Assembly (NCBI GenBank): GCA_963740355.1
Contig: CAVUDW010000002.1
Location: forward strand, 2,144,001-2,208,000
Source: an uncultured Gemmatimonadaceae bacterium
Lineage (GTDB): Bacteria; Gemmatimonadota; Gemmatimonadetes; Gemmatimonadales; Gemmatimonadaceae
Reading direction: 5' to 3'
Length of the DNA: 64,000 nucleotides
The translations under genes were made by a program, and so were the position numbers. The stretch's first letter is position 1, and each line of letters begins with the position of its first letter. The notes under the pieces were generated by a model. The model was given only the letters and a program-made list of their open reading frames with translations. It was not told the origin of the DNA and made no database searches. Below, piece by piece: positions 56,054 to 64,000 of this stretch.

Positions 56054-57166
56054 GTGACCGCCACTCCCGCCGACGCCCGCGCCATGAGCGCCATGCTCAC
56101 CGTGGACCTCGCCGCGGTGCGAGAGAATTATCGCCTCCTCGCGCGTCGCGCAGCGGTCCCGCTGCTTCCCATGGTCAAGAGCGACGCCTACGGCCTCGGT
56201 GCAGTCGAGGTCGCCAACGCGCTCGAGACGGAGTCGCCGGTTGCCTTCGGAGTGGCGAGCGTCGCCGAGGGACGGCAACTGCGGGCCGCCGGCATCACGC
56301 GAGCGGTGGTGGTCTTCACCCCCGTCCTGCCACACGAATTCCCGGCGGCACTGGAAGCGCGTCTCACCCTCTGCCTCTCCGAACCGGGCCATCTGGCCCA
56401 ATGGTCGGCGCTGGGCGGTCGCTGGCAGCTGCCGATCGACACGGGGATGAACCGCGCCGGCGTCGATTGGCGGGATGCCGCTCGACTTCGGTCGGTGCTG
56501 GAAGTCGGGAGCACGCCGGATGGCGTCTTCACCCACTTCCACTCGGCCGACTCCGATCCGGACTCGATGGCGGTCCAGGAGACGCGATTCGTCGGGGTGG
56601 TGGCGAGTCTCCCGACCCGGCCAGCCTCGATCCACGTCGAGAACAGTGCCGCCCTGCTGCAGCGCGGCGCGTCGCGTTTCGACTGTGCCCGACCTGGAAT
56701 CGCGCTCTACGGCGTGGCGGTCGGTCCAGCCGAGTGGACACCAAGGCCGGTCGTCAGCCTCACGGCACCGATCGTGGAATTGTTGCTGGTCGAAGCCGGC
56801 GACACGGTCAGTTATGGCGCCACCTGGCGCGCCCCGACAGACCGGCGGATCGCTACCGTCGCGCTCGGGTATGCGGACGGATATCCGCGTGGGGCGGGCA
56901 ACCGGGCGACGGCGATGGTCAACGAACGGCGTGTGCCGGTCGTGGGTCTCGTCACCATGGACATGACGATGTGCGATGTGACCGACGTGCCATGTGAACT
57001 TGGAGATCGGGTCACGCTGATCGGCGGCGACGCCGCGTCAGGCGTGTCCGCGATCGCGGCAGGCGCGAATCGTTCACCGTACGAAATCCTCACCGGATTG
57101 CGCTCTCGCAGTGCGCGCGTGCACCTCGGCATCGGACCGACGGCGTCGATCGAGGTTGCCGCGTGA
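56054..57166 (+). CDS. alr: Alanine racemase
   Basis: MVKSDAYGLG, DTGMNRAG, RPGIALYG, VSYG, GYADG, VTMDM. Confidence 0.96.
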   Translation: MTATPADARAMSAMLTVDLAAVRENYRLLARRAAVPLLPMVKSDAYGLGAVEVANALETESPVAFGVASVAEGRQLRAAGITRAVVVFTPVLPHEFPAALEARLTLCLSEPGHLAQWSALGGRWQLPIDTGMNRAGVDWRDAARLRSVLEVGSTPDGVFTHFHSADSDPDSMAVQETRFVGVVASLPTRPASIHVENSAALLQRGASRFDCARPGIALYGVAVGPAEWTPRPVVSLTAPIVELLLVEAGDTVSYGATWRAPTDRRIATVALGYADGYPRGAGNRATAMVNERRVPVVGLVTMDMTMCDVTDVPCELGDRVTLIGGDAASGVSAIAAGANRSPYEILTGLRSRSARVHLGIGPTASIEVAA

Positions 57167-58332
57167 GCGGACGCGTGGCGGTGATCGTTCTCGATGGCGT
57201 TGGGTGCGGCGAAGCCGCCGATGCTGCGGCCTACGGCGATGTCGGCAGCAACACGCTCGGCCATGTACTCGCGCACGTGCCGTCGCTGTCGTTGCCCACC
57301 ATGGAGCGGCTTGGGCTGGGGCATGTCGGATCGCTGCGTGGCGTGTCGGCCGCCGCAGCACCTACCGGCGCAGTGACGGTGCTGGAGCCGAAGAGCGCGG
57401 GCAAGGACTCGACGACTGGCCATTGGGAGCTCGCCGGCGTGGTGCTCGACGAGCCGTTCCCGACCTTTCCGGCTGGCTTTCCCGACGAGTTGCTGACGCG
57501 CTTCAGCATCGCCACCGGGCGCCAGGTGATCGGCAACTGTGTCGCCAGCGGTACCGCGATTCTCGAGACGCTGGGTGCCGAGCATGTCGCGACGGGATCG
57601 TGGATCGTGTACACCTCGGCGGACTCCGTCTTTCAGGTCGCCGCACACGAAGGTGTGGTGCCGCTTGATGAGTTGTATCGAGCGTGCGAGATCGCCCGCG
57701 CGATGCTGGTCGGGCCGAACAACGTCTCGCGCGTGATCGCGCGTCCGTTCACCGGCGAGAATGGCACATGGCATCGCACCGCCAATCGTCGCGACTATTC
57801 GGTGGAGCCGGTTGCAGAAACACTGCTCGATGCGTTGGCGTCGGCGGGGGTGAATCGAACCGGTGTGGGCAAGGTGGACGACCTGTTTGCCTCGCGCTCC
57901 ATCACGTCGACGCATACGACCGACAACGCGCAAGGCCTTGCCTTGATTGACGAATGGTTGCAGCACGCAGGCGATGGTTTCCTGTTTGCGAACCTGGTCG
58001 ATTTCGATCAGCAGTTCGGACATCGCAACGATGTTGTCGGTTTTGCGGGCGCGCTGGCCGAGTTCGACGCCGCGCTGCCTGCGCTCCTCGCGTCGCTGAC
58101 GGGTGACGACCTGCTGTTCATCACAGCGGACCACGGCAACGACCCAACCACACCGTCCACCGATCATGCGCGCGAGCGCGTGCCGCTGCTGGTGGCTGGT
58201 CCGTCGGTGCGTCCGGCCGTGTTGCCCCCTCGCCAGACCTTTGCCGACCTCGGCGCCACGGTTGCCGATGCATTCGGCGTCCAGTGGCGTGGGCGTGGCG
58301 AGAGTTTCCTCGACCTGGTGCGCGCCTCATGA
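57163..58332 (+). CDS. deoB: Phosphopentomutase
   Basis: IVLDGVGCG, GKDSTTGHWE, YTSADSVFQ, NLVDFDQQFGHRND, TADHGNDP. Confidence 0.96.
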   Translation: MSGRVAVIVLDGVGCGEAADAAAYGDVGSNTLGHVLAHVPSLSLPTMERLGLGHVGSLRGVSAAAAPTGAVTVLEPKSAGKDSTTGHWELAGVVLDEPFPTFPAGFPDELLTRFSIATGRQVIGNCVASGTAILETLGAEHVATGSWIVYTSADSVFQVAAHEGVVPLDELYRACEIARAMLVGPNNVSRVIARPFTGENGTWHRTANRRDYSVEPVAETLLDALASAGVNRTGVGKVDDLFASRSITSTHTTDNAQGLALIDEWLQHAGDGFLFANLVDFDQQFGHRNDVVGFAGALAEFDAALPALLASLTGDDLLFITADHGNDPTTPSTDHARERVPLLVAGPSVRPAVLPPRQTFADLGATVADAFGVQWRGRGESFLDLVRAS

Positions 58333-58742
58333 GTTCTACGTCAGAGCAGCTGCAGCAGCTCGAGTCGGCTGCCGAAGGTGCGATGCGTCGCGCGTATGCG
58401 CCGTATTCGAAGTTTCTCGTGGGTGCGGCGCTGCTGGGTGCCGATGGTTCGGTGCATGCGGGCTGCAACGTCGAAAACGCGACCTACCCGGCTGGCATTT
58501 GTGCCGAGCGCACTGCACTGTCGCGGGCTGTCGCCGACGGGGTGCGCGACTTCACTGCGATTGTGATCTGTACTGAGGCTGCTGTGCCAACACCGCCTTG
58601 CGGCATCTGCCGGCAGGTGTTGCACGAGTTTGCCCCGCTGCTCGAGGTGACCAGCGTCACCACTAGTGGCGCCCGACAGACCTGGCGCCTCGACGCACTG
58701 CTTCCCGCTGCTTTCGCGGCGGACCTGATGGCCACTTCCTGA
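58329..58742 (+). CDS. cdd: Cytidine deaminase (homotetrameric type)
   Basis: AYAPYSKF, GCNVENA, CAER, PCGICRQ. Confidence 0.96.
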   Translation: MSSTSEQLQQLESAAEGAMRRAYAPYSKFLVGAALLGADGSVHAGCNVENATYPAGICAERTALSRAVADGVRDFTAIVICTEAAVPTPPCGICRQVLHEFAPLLEVTSVTTSGARQTWRLDALLPAAFAADLMATS

Positions 58743-60157
58743 TGGCCGTTTCCTTTCGGCGCTCACTCGCTTCACTTCGTCCCGTTTCCGTGTCTCCTCG
58801 CCAGTTATCCCGCTGCCTGCCGTTCGCCGCGATTGTCATCGTGGCAGCGTGTTCGGAACGCCTCGATACCAGCAAGAATTGTCCGCTGCTCTGCACCGAC
58901 AATGCGTTGGTCTTCAAGGACACGACCTTTGACATCGTGCAGTTCGACTCGGCCTACACCGGCTTCACTGGCGTCGGCGAGCGCTGGCCCGCGCCCGGGT
59001 TGGCGACGTCGAACGGGACTGGGTACCTCTACGAGACGTTCGTGCCGGTGGTGAATCGCCCCGATTCGGTCGACATCCGCCAGGTCTTCCGGTTCGACAC
59101 GCTGCCCCGGACGCTGTCCGCCTCCGACACGACGCCGATCACCGCCCTCACGGACAGCAAGCTGCTGCTGGCGATCGACACCTCGCGTTCACTGATTCCG
59201 GTCGGGTCGACCACGGTGTCGCTGTATGACGTGGATGATTCGACCGTCACTGACGACACGTCGGCAGCCGCAATCGCGCCACGTTTCACACCGTCGCGCC
59301 TGATCGCTACGCGCACCTTCACGCGCGCTGATGTGATTGGTGACACGATCAATGGTTTTGGTTCGGGCTCGACGGCCCGGTCGTTCGGCATCACGATTCC
59401 GGACTCGATCATGCTGCGCCTCGTGAAGCAGCGTCACCGTGCCCGGTTCGGCCTGCGCATCACGTCAGCAGGGTCCGCAGCGCTTCGTTTCGTGGCGCCG
59501 AGTGTGCAGTCCTCCGGCCTCACGCCGCGTCTGACGTACGACCCGTCGCCCGACACTGCGGTGCTGGCATGGCTCGCGTCCACGCAGTACAACGGCACGA
59601 CCACGTCGCCGGAGCGGTTTCGTGCGCAGGCGCTGGTCTTGAAGGACCTCACGCCACTTCTCAATGACGGCTCGCTCGAAGTCGGCGGCCTGGTTGCCGT
59701 GCGCAGCCTGATGCAGGTGAAGATTCCGCGCACGTTCCTCGACACTGTCACGGTCGTGCGAGCATCGCTCGACGTCGTCCAGCGACCGCAACGCACGGTG
59801 CCCGGTGCGACGGACGGTGTGCGCGTGCGTGCACGCGTGACGATTGCCGGTCCGGGCTTCGGCGGGGATCCGCGCCGACAAGTCGAGGTGCTCGACCCGA
59901 CGCTCGAAGGTGTGCTCCTCAAATCTCTGCGTCTGGCACCAGCGGATTCCGGCGTCAAGTCGTTCGATGTCCTCGACGCGCTGAAACTCTGGATCACACA
60001 GGACAGCACGATCCCCACTGGATTCGTCCTCTATTCCGAGGGCGAGGCGTTTCAGGAACAGCGACTGGCGTTCTACTCCCGTCGCAACAGCGTTGCTGCG
60101 CTCCGTCCGCGGCTCCGCGTGACGTACACCACTCGTCGCGAAGGAGCGATCCCATGA
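58742..60157 (+). CDS. Uncharacterised beta-rich lipoprotein
   Basis: Lipobox VAA-C, Thr/Ser/Asp-rich beta pattern, C-terminal RPRLRVTYT. Confidence 0.7.
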   Translation: MAVSFRRSLASLRPVSVSPRQLSRCLPFAAIVIVAACSERLDTSKNCPLLCTDNALVFKDTTFDIVQFDSAYTGFTGVGERWPAPGLATSNGTGYLYETFVPVVNRPDSVDIRQVFRFDTLPRTLSASDTTPITALTDSKLLLAIDTSRSLIPVGSTTVSLYDVDDSTVTDDTSAAAIAPRFTPSRLIATRTFTRADVIGDTINGFGSGSTARSFGITIPDSIMLRLVKQRHRARFGLRITSAGSAALRFVAPSVQSSGLTPRLTYDPSPDTAVLAWLASTQYNGTTTSPERFRAQALVLKDLTPLLNDGSLEVGGLVAVRSLMQVKIPRTFLDTVTVVRASLDVVQRPQRTVPGATDGVRVRARVTIAGPGFGGDPRRQVEVLDPTLEGVLLKSLRLAPADSGVKSFDVLDALKLWITQDSTIPTGFVLYSEGEAFQEQRLAFYSRRNSVAALRPRLRVTYTTRREGAIP

Positions 60158-61320
60158 TCGGTGCACGATGCTCGCGACTGTTCGCGACTGCCTTCCTGTT
60201 CGCCGCCGGTGATCTCGTCGCGCAGGGTTCCGTCGCAGGGCAGGGGTTCGGCTATCCGCCGGGGCAGTTGACCGTGCGCGCCGCCACCACTGGCGGTGGC
60301 CTCGGTGAGTTCGACCAGGCTGGCCCGCTCAATCCGGCCGCCTTGATGAACTGGGGTGTGGCTGGTGCCTATATCCAGTATTCGCCAGAGCGGCGCTCGA
60401 CCACCGTCGGCGGTGCGTCGAATACCTCAACCGTGGCTCGGTTTCCCGTCTTCGCCATCGGGCTTCCAGCGGGACCGAAGTACGGATTCGGCATCTCCAG
60501 TTCGACCTTGCTGGAGCGGAACTACTCGACGGTCACGACGCAACGTCAGTTGATTCGCAGCGATTCCGTCACCACCACGTCGGGCACCGATGCACGTGGT
60601 GCCATCAACGATGTGCAGTTCGGTGGGGCCATGCAGGTCACCAACTGGTTGCGCGTCGGCACCGCATTCCATGTCATCACGGGACAGAACCGACTCCGCA
60701 CGACGCGATCGTTCGCGCCGGATACCGGAGTGGCTCGTGTCGACACGGTGACGTACGGCAGCATCACTGAGCAGAGCACCGCAACCTACGGCGGTACCGC
60801 GCTCTCCTTCGGCGTTGAAGTCTCGCCGACCAAGCGCCTCAGCCTTGCTGGCTCCGGCCGGATGGGCTTCGGCATGCGTGCCGACCTCAATGACTCGACG
60901 CGACTGAACGCCGATGTGCCGAACCGCGCTGGTGCTGCAGTGCGATGGGAAATTGGTGGCGGCAACCTCGCGGCCCGCTACAACTGGGAAGGGTGGTCAG
61001 CGATGCGTGATCTCGGTGCCGCCGCAAACGGTGTGTTCGACACCAAGGAGTACGGGGTCGGTGCCGAATTGCCAGGGCCGAAAATCCGTGGTGGCCAGAT
61101 GCTGTTGCGGCTCGGTGCTCGGAGCCGTGACCTCCCGTTCGGTGTTGCGGGACGGCAGCCGAAGGAGACGATTCTCGGCGGTGGTCTCGGGTTCCCGCTC
61201 GCATTCGGTCGCGCGCAGATGGATTTTGGCCTCGAGCGCGCGTCGCGTACCGTGCCGGGCCTGGACACCGTCAAGGAACGTGGCCTGATCCTGTCGTTCG
61301 GCTTTCGCCTCCGCACCTGA
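60154..61320 (+). CDS. Outer-membrane beta-barrel protein (FadL/PorV-like)
   Basis: Signal peptide, N-terminal plug-like segment with NPAAL, alternating amphipathic strands, terminal strand LILSFGFRLRT. Confidence 0.7.
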   Translation: MIGARCSRLFATAFLFAAGDLVAQGSVAGQGFGYPPGQLTVRAATTGGGLGEFDQAGPLNPAALMNWGVAGAYIQYSPERRSTTVGGASNTSTVARFPVFAIGLPAGPKYGFGISSSTLLERNYSTVTTQRQLIRSDSVTTTSGTDARGAINDVQFGGAMQVTNWLRVGTAFHVITGQNRLRTTRSFAPDTGVARVDTVTYGSITEQSTATYGGTALSFGVEVSPTKRLSLAGSGRMGFGMRADLNDSTRLNADVPNRAGAAVRWEIGGGNLAARYNWEGWSAMRDLGAAANGVFDTKEYGVGAELPGPKIRGGQMLLRLGARSRDLPFGVAGRQPKETILGGGLGFPLAFGRAQMDFGLERASRTVPGLDTVKERGLILSFGFRLRT

Positions 61321-61325
61321 CCGCG

Positions 61326-62576
61326 ATGGCTGTCCGCGTCTTCCTCCAGACGTTCGGCTGTCGCGCGAATCAGTATGACTCGGAGGCCGTCGCGGCGATG
61401 GTGGCAGCCAGCGGTGGAGTGATGGTGGCGACCGCAGCCGAGGCGGATGTCGCCGTGTTCAACAGCTGCGCAGTCACCAGTGAGGCAGAAGCGGATCTTC
61501 GCCAGCAGGTGCGCAGGGCCGCCCGCACGCAGCCGGATCTGCGCTCGATCGTGATGGGTTGCTCAGCGGCGCGATCCGGCGCGCAGATTTCTGCGCTGCC
61601 ATCCGTCACCGATGTCGTGCCAGGCGCCGATCTCGAGGCGATCGGGCACGCGATCGGCCTGCTGCAGCCCGTGACACGCGCCTCCGGTGAGCGACAGCGC
61701 GGTACCCGTGGCCTGCTGCGAATCCAGGACGGTTGCGACGAACACTGCACCTTCTGCGCGACGACGCTCGCCCGCGGGGCGAATCGTTCACGACCCATCG
61801 ATGCCATCGTCGAGGAGGCGCAGCAACTCGCGTCGCATCATCCGGAAATCGTGGTGACGGGTATTCATATCGGCACCTATGGCGCCGATTGTGGCAGCTC
61901 GCTTGGCGCGCTCCTCGAGGCGTTGGTGCTGCGGGTCCCCGAGGTGCGCTTTCGGCTCTCCAGTGTCGAGGCGACTGAGGTCGATGGCCGGCTTGCCGCG
62001 ATGCTCACTGGTGCGCCGCGTCGAGTTGCGCCGTACCTGCACGCGCCGCTGCAGTCCGGGAGTGATGCGGTACTGCGCCGGATGGGACGGCACTGGTACT
62101 CGGCGCGCCAGTATGCCGATGCCGTGTGCGCGCTGGCGGCGGCGGCTCCCGTCTTCGGCCTCGGTGCCGACCTGATTGCCGGATTCCCAGGCGAGACCGA
62201 CGCCGATCATGCCGCCACCTGCGCGTTGGTGGCCGAGTTGCCGTTCACCAGCCTGCATGTGTTTCCGTACTCGCCACGCCCAGGCACCGCTGCCTTGCGT
62301 TTGCCAGACAGCGTGCCGGATCAGGTTCGCCGGCAGCGGGCGGCAGAGCTTCGAGCGCTGGGTGAGTCGAAAGCGGCCGCTGCGAGAGACGCGCGGCACG
62401 GTCGAGAGGCCGACGTCATCGTCATCGGGCATGAGAATGGGCACCGGGACGGGCTCACGGAGGATTACCTTCCAGTAGACCTGACCGCGCCCGCTCCACC
62501 GCGTGCCACGCGGTTCCGTGCATCGCTCGCAGCTTCCGCGACGCGGCACGGTCTTGTCGCCACGCCGATTGCCTGA
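61326..62576 (+). CDS. mtaB: MtaB-like tRNA methylthiotransferase (radical SAM)
   Basis: TFGCRANQYDS, NSCAVT, IQDGCDEHCTFC, LHVFPYSPRPGT. Confidence 0.85.
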   Translation: MAVRVFLQTFGCRANQYDSEAVAAMVAASGGVMVATAAEADVAVFNSCAVTSEAEADLRQQVRRAARTQPDLRSIVMGCSAARSGAQISALPSVTDVVPGADLEAIGHAIGLLQPVTRASGERQRGTRGLLRIQDGCDEHCTFCATTLARGANRSRPIDAIVEEAQQLASHHPEIVVTGIHIGTYGADCGSSLGALLEALVLRVPEVRFRLSSVEATEVDGRLAAMLTGAPRRVAPYLHAPLQSGSDAVLRRMGRHWYSARQYADAVCALAAAAPVFGLGADLIAGFPGETDADHAATCALVAELPFTSLHVFPYSPRPGTAALRLPDSVPDQVRRQRAAELRALGESKAAAARDARHGREADVIVIGHENGHRDGLTEDYLPVDLTAPAPPRATRFRASLAASATRHGLVATPIA

Positions 62577-62580
62577 TCGC

Positions 62581-63921
62581 ATGTCCATGACGCCGCGCCC
62601 CACAGTTTTCATCGAAACGTACGGCTGCCAGATGAACGTCAGCGACACCGAGCTCATGCTCGGGAAGCTCACGGCGGCCGGCTACGATTCCGTCGATGTG
62701 CCAGATGGAGCGGATGTCATCCTGCTCAACACCTGCGCAATTCGCGATCACGCCGAGCAGCGGGTGATCGGGCGACTGGGCGAGTTGAAGCGGCACATGA
62801 AGCCGGACAGTATCGTCGGGGTCACCGGCTGCATGGCGCAACGGCTCGGTCCTCGTCTGCTCGACCAGGCGAAGCATGTGTCCCTCGTGATCGGGCCGGA
62901 CGGCTATCGCTCCCTGCCATCGCTGGTCGATGGGGCCCGGCAAGGCAAGCGCGTTGCCGCCACCGCATTCGACCTCGAGGAGCACTACGAGGATTTCACG
63001 CCGCGCCGCTTCGACAAGGTGAAGGCCTGGATCCCGGTCCAGCGTGGCTGCGACTACAAGTGCACCTATTGCATCGTGCCAACCACGCGTGGCAGTGAGC
63101 GCAGTCGCCAGCTCGCCGACGTCGTACGCGAGACCGAGCAGGTGGTGGCCGAAGGCATGACGGAAGTCGTGCTGCTCGGGCAGACGGTCAACAGCTATTT
63201 CGATGGCACACATGACTTCGCGGACCTGCTCCGCGCCGTCGGCAGCGTGCCGGGGATCCGGCGCCTGCGCTACACGAGTCCCCATCCGAATGATTTCAGT
63301 GATCGGGTGATCGCGGCGATGGCCGAAACGCCAACCGTTTGCGAACACGTTCACCTGCCCATGCAGAGCGGCTCGACGAAGACGCTCAGGCGCATGCTGC
63401 GTCGCTACACGCGCGAAGGCTTCATGGAATGTGTTGCTCGCTTGCGTGCGGCGATCCCGACGATCGTGCTGACCACCGACATCATCGTCGGTTTCCCCGG
63501 CGAGACAGACGAGGATTTCGAGGAAACGCTCAGCGCCTGTCGCGAAATCGGCTTCATGGATGCGTTCACCTTCAAGTTCTCCGCCCGCGAGGGCACACCT
63601 GCGACCCGAATGCCGGAGAGCGAGACGGTGCCGGATGCGGTCGCGGGCGAGCGGTTGCAGCGATTGGTGGATACGGTGCGCTCCATGAGCCGGGACGTGA
63701 ACCTCGGCCTGCTCGGGACGAAGCACGAGATCCTGATCGAGAAGGAAGCGCGTCGAGGAGACTTGCTGCAGGGCCGGACGCGTGACTTCCGAACGATTCT
63801 CGTCCCAGGTGATCCGGCGTTGATCGGCTCGTACATGTTCGTCGAGATCACTGGCACCACCGGTCACACCTTCACTGGTGCGCCAGTGGCGATGCGGTCC
63901 GCCTTGCCGATGGCGGGCTGA
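62581..63921 (+). CDS. miaB: tRNA-2-methylthio-N6-dimethylallyladenosine synthase
   Basis: TYGCQMN, NTCAIRD, GCMAQR, GCDYKCTYC, SPHP, C-terminal TRAM domain. Confidence 0.96.
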   Translation: MSMTPRPTVFIETYGCQMNVSDTELMLGKLTAAGYDSVDVPDGADVILLNTCAIRDHAEQRVIGRLGELKRHMKPDSIVGVTGCMAQRLGPRLLDQAKHVSLVIGPDGYRSLPSLVDGARQGKRVAATAFDLEEHYEDFTPRRFDKVKAWIPVQRGCDYKCTYCIVPTTRGSERSRQLADVVRETEQVVAEGMTEVVLLGQTVNSYFDGTHDFADLLRAVGSVPGIRRLRYTSPHPNDFSDRVIAAMAETPTVCEHVHLPMQSGSTKTLRRMLRRYTREGFMECVARLRAAIPTIVLTTDIIVGFPGETDEDFEETLSACREIGFMDAFTFKFSAREGTPATRMPESETVPDAVAGERLQRLVDTVRSMSRDVNLGLLGTKHEILIEKEARRGDLLQGRTRDFRTILVPGDPALIGSYMFVEITGTTGHTFTGAPVAMRSALPMAG

Positions 63922-64000
63922 CGGCCACCCTGCCATCGTGTGAAAACGATGTGACAGGCGCGTTTTCGGTGTGCATTACCACACGCGCCGTGCGAGTGTG

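Noticed and set aside
61326..63921. Tandem radical SAM genes as a RiPP or novel biosynthetic cluster
   Set aside because: Both are ordinary tRNA methylthiotransferases (MtaB-like and MiaB), and there is no precursor peptide.
63929..63958. Hairpin CATCGT-GTGAAA-ACGATG after miaB as a terminator or riboswitch
   Set aside because: Short stem with no adjacent U tract, and the context is cut off by the window edge.
1..64000. CRISPR arrays, transposases, prophage, rRNA and defence systems
   Set aside because: No repeat-spacer periodicity or relevant protein motifs seen. The window is almost fully tiled by housekeeping and signalling genes.

Overview
High-GC bacterial core chromosome, almost entirely + strand. 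Gene content and protein style suggest Gemmatimonadota (inference, not tested). In order: partial Tat-exported phoD (-); bestrophin and a DUF2723/TMEM260-like glycosyltransferase; a yggS-divIVA-punA-ileS-dksA-like-lspA-rluD operon running directly into a ~14.6 kb signalling cluster; tRNA-Val(TAC); a secreted TPR protein; the dcw cluster rsmH to ftsZ; M23 peptidase, vWA membrane protein, ftsY, recG; an orphan sensor kinase plus lipoprotein (-); asnS; mazG-dinB family (-); alr-deoB-cdd, a lipoprotein/beta-barrel pair, mtaB and miaB. The best candidate for a novel system is 11446-26084. It has a receptor-less Dif/F1-like chemosensory core (cheW-cheY-cheA-cheC, plus cheD) linked to TPR scaffolds, two PATAN/DUF4388 proteins (one with an MshEN-type c-di-GMP motif), two Roadblock/MglB proteins with no MglA, and a tandem DnaA-type/Hda-type AAA+ protein that lacks a DNA-binding domain. 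cheD and ftsY each carry a +1 frameshift in a short homopolymer, probably sequencing errors. No mobile elements, CRISPR arrays or rRNA were seen. All calls come from reading motifs by eye, with no database searches.
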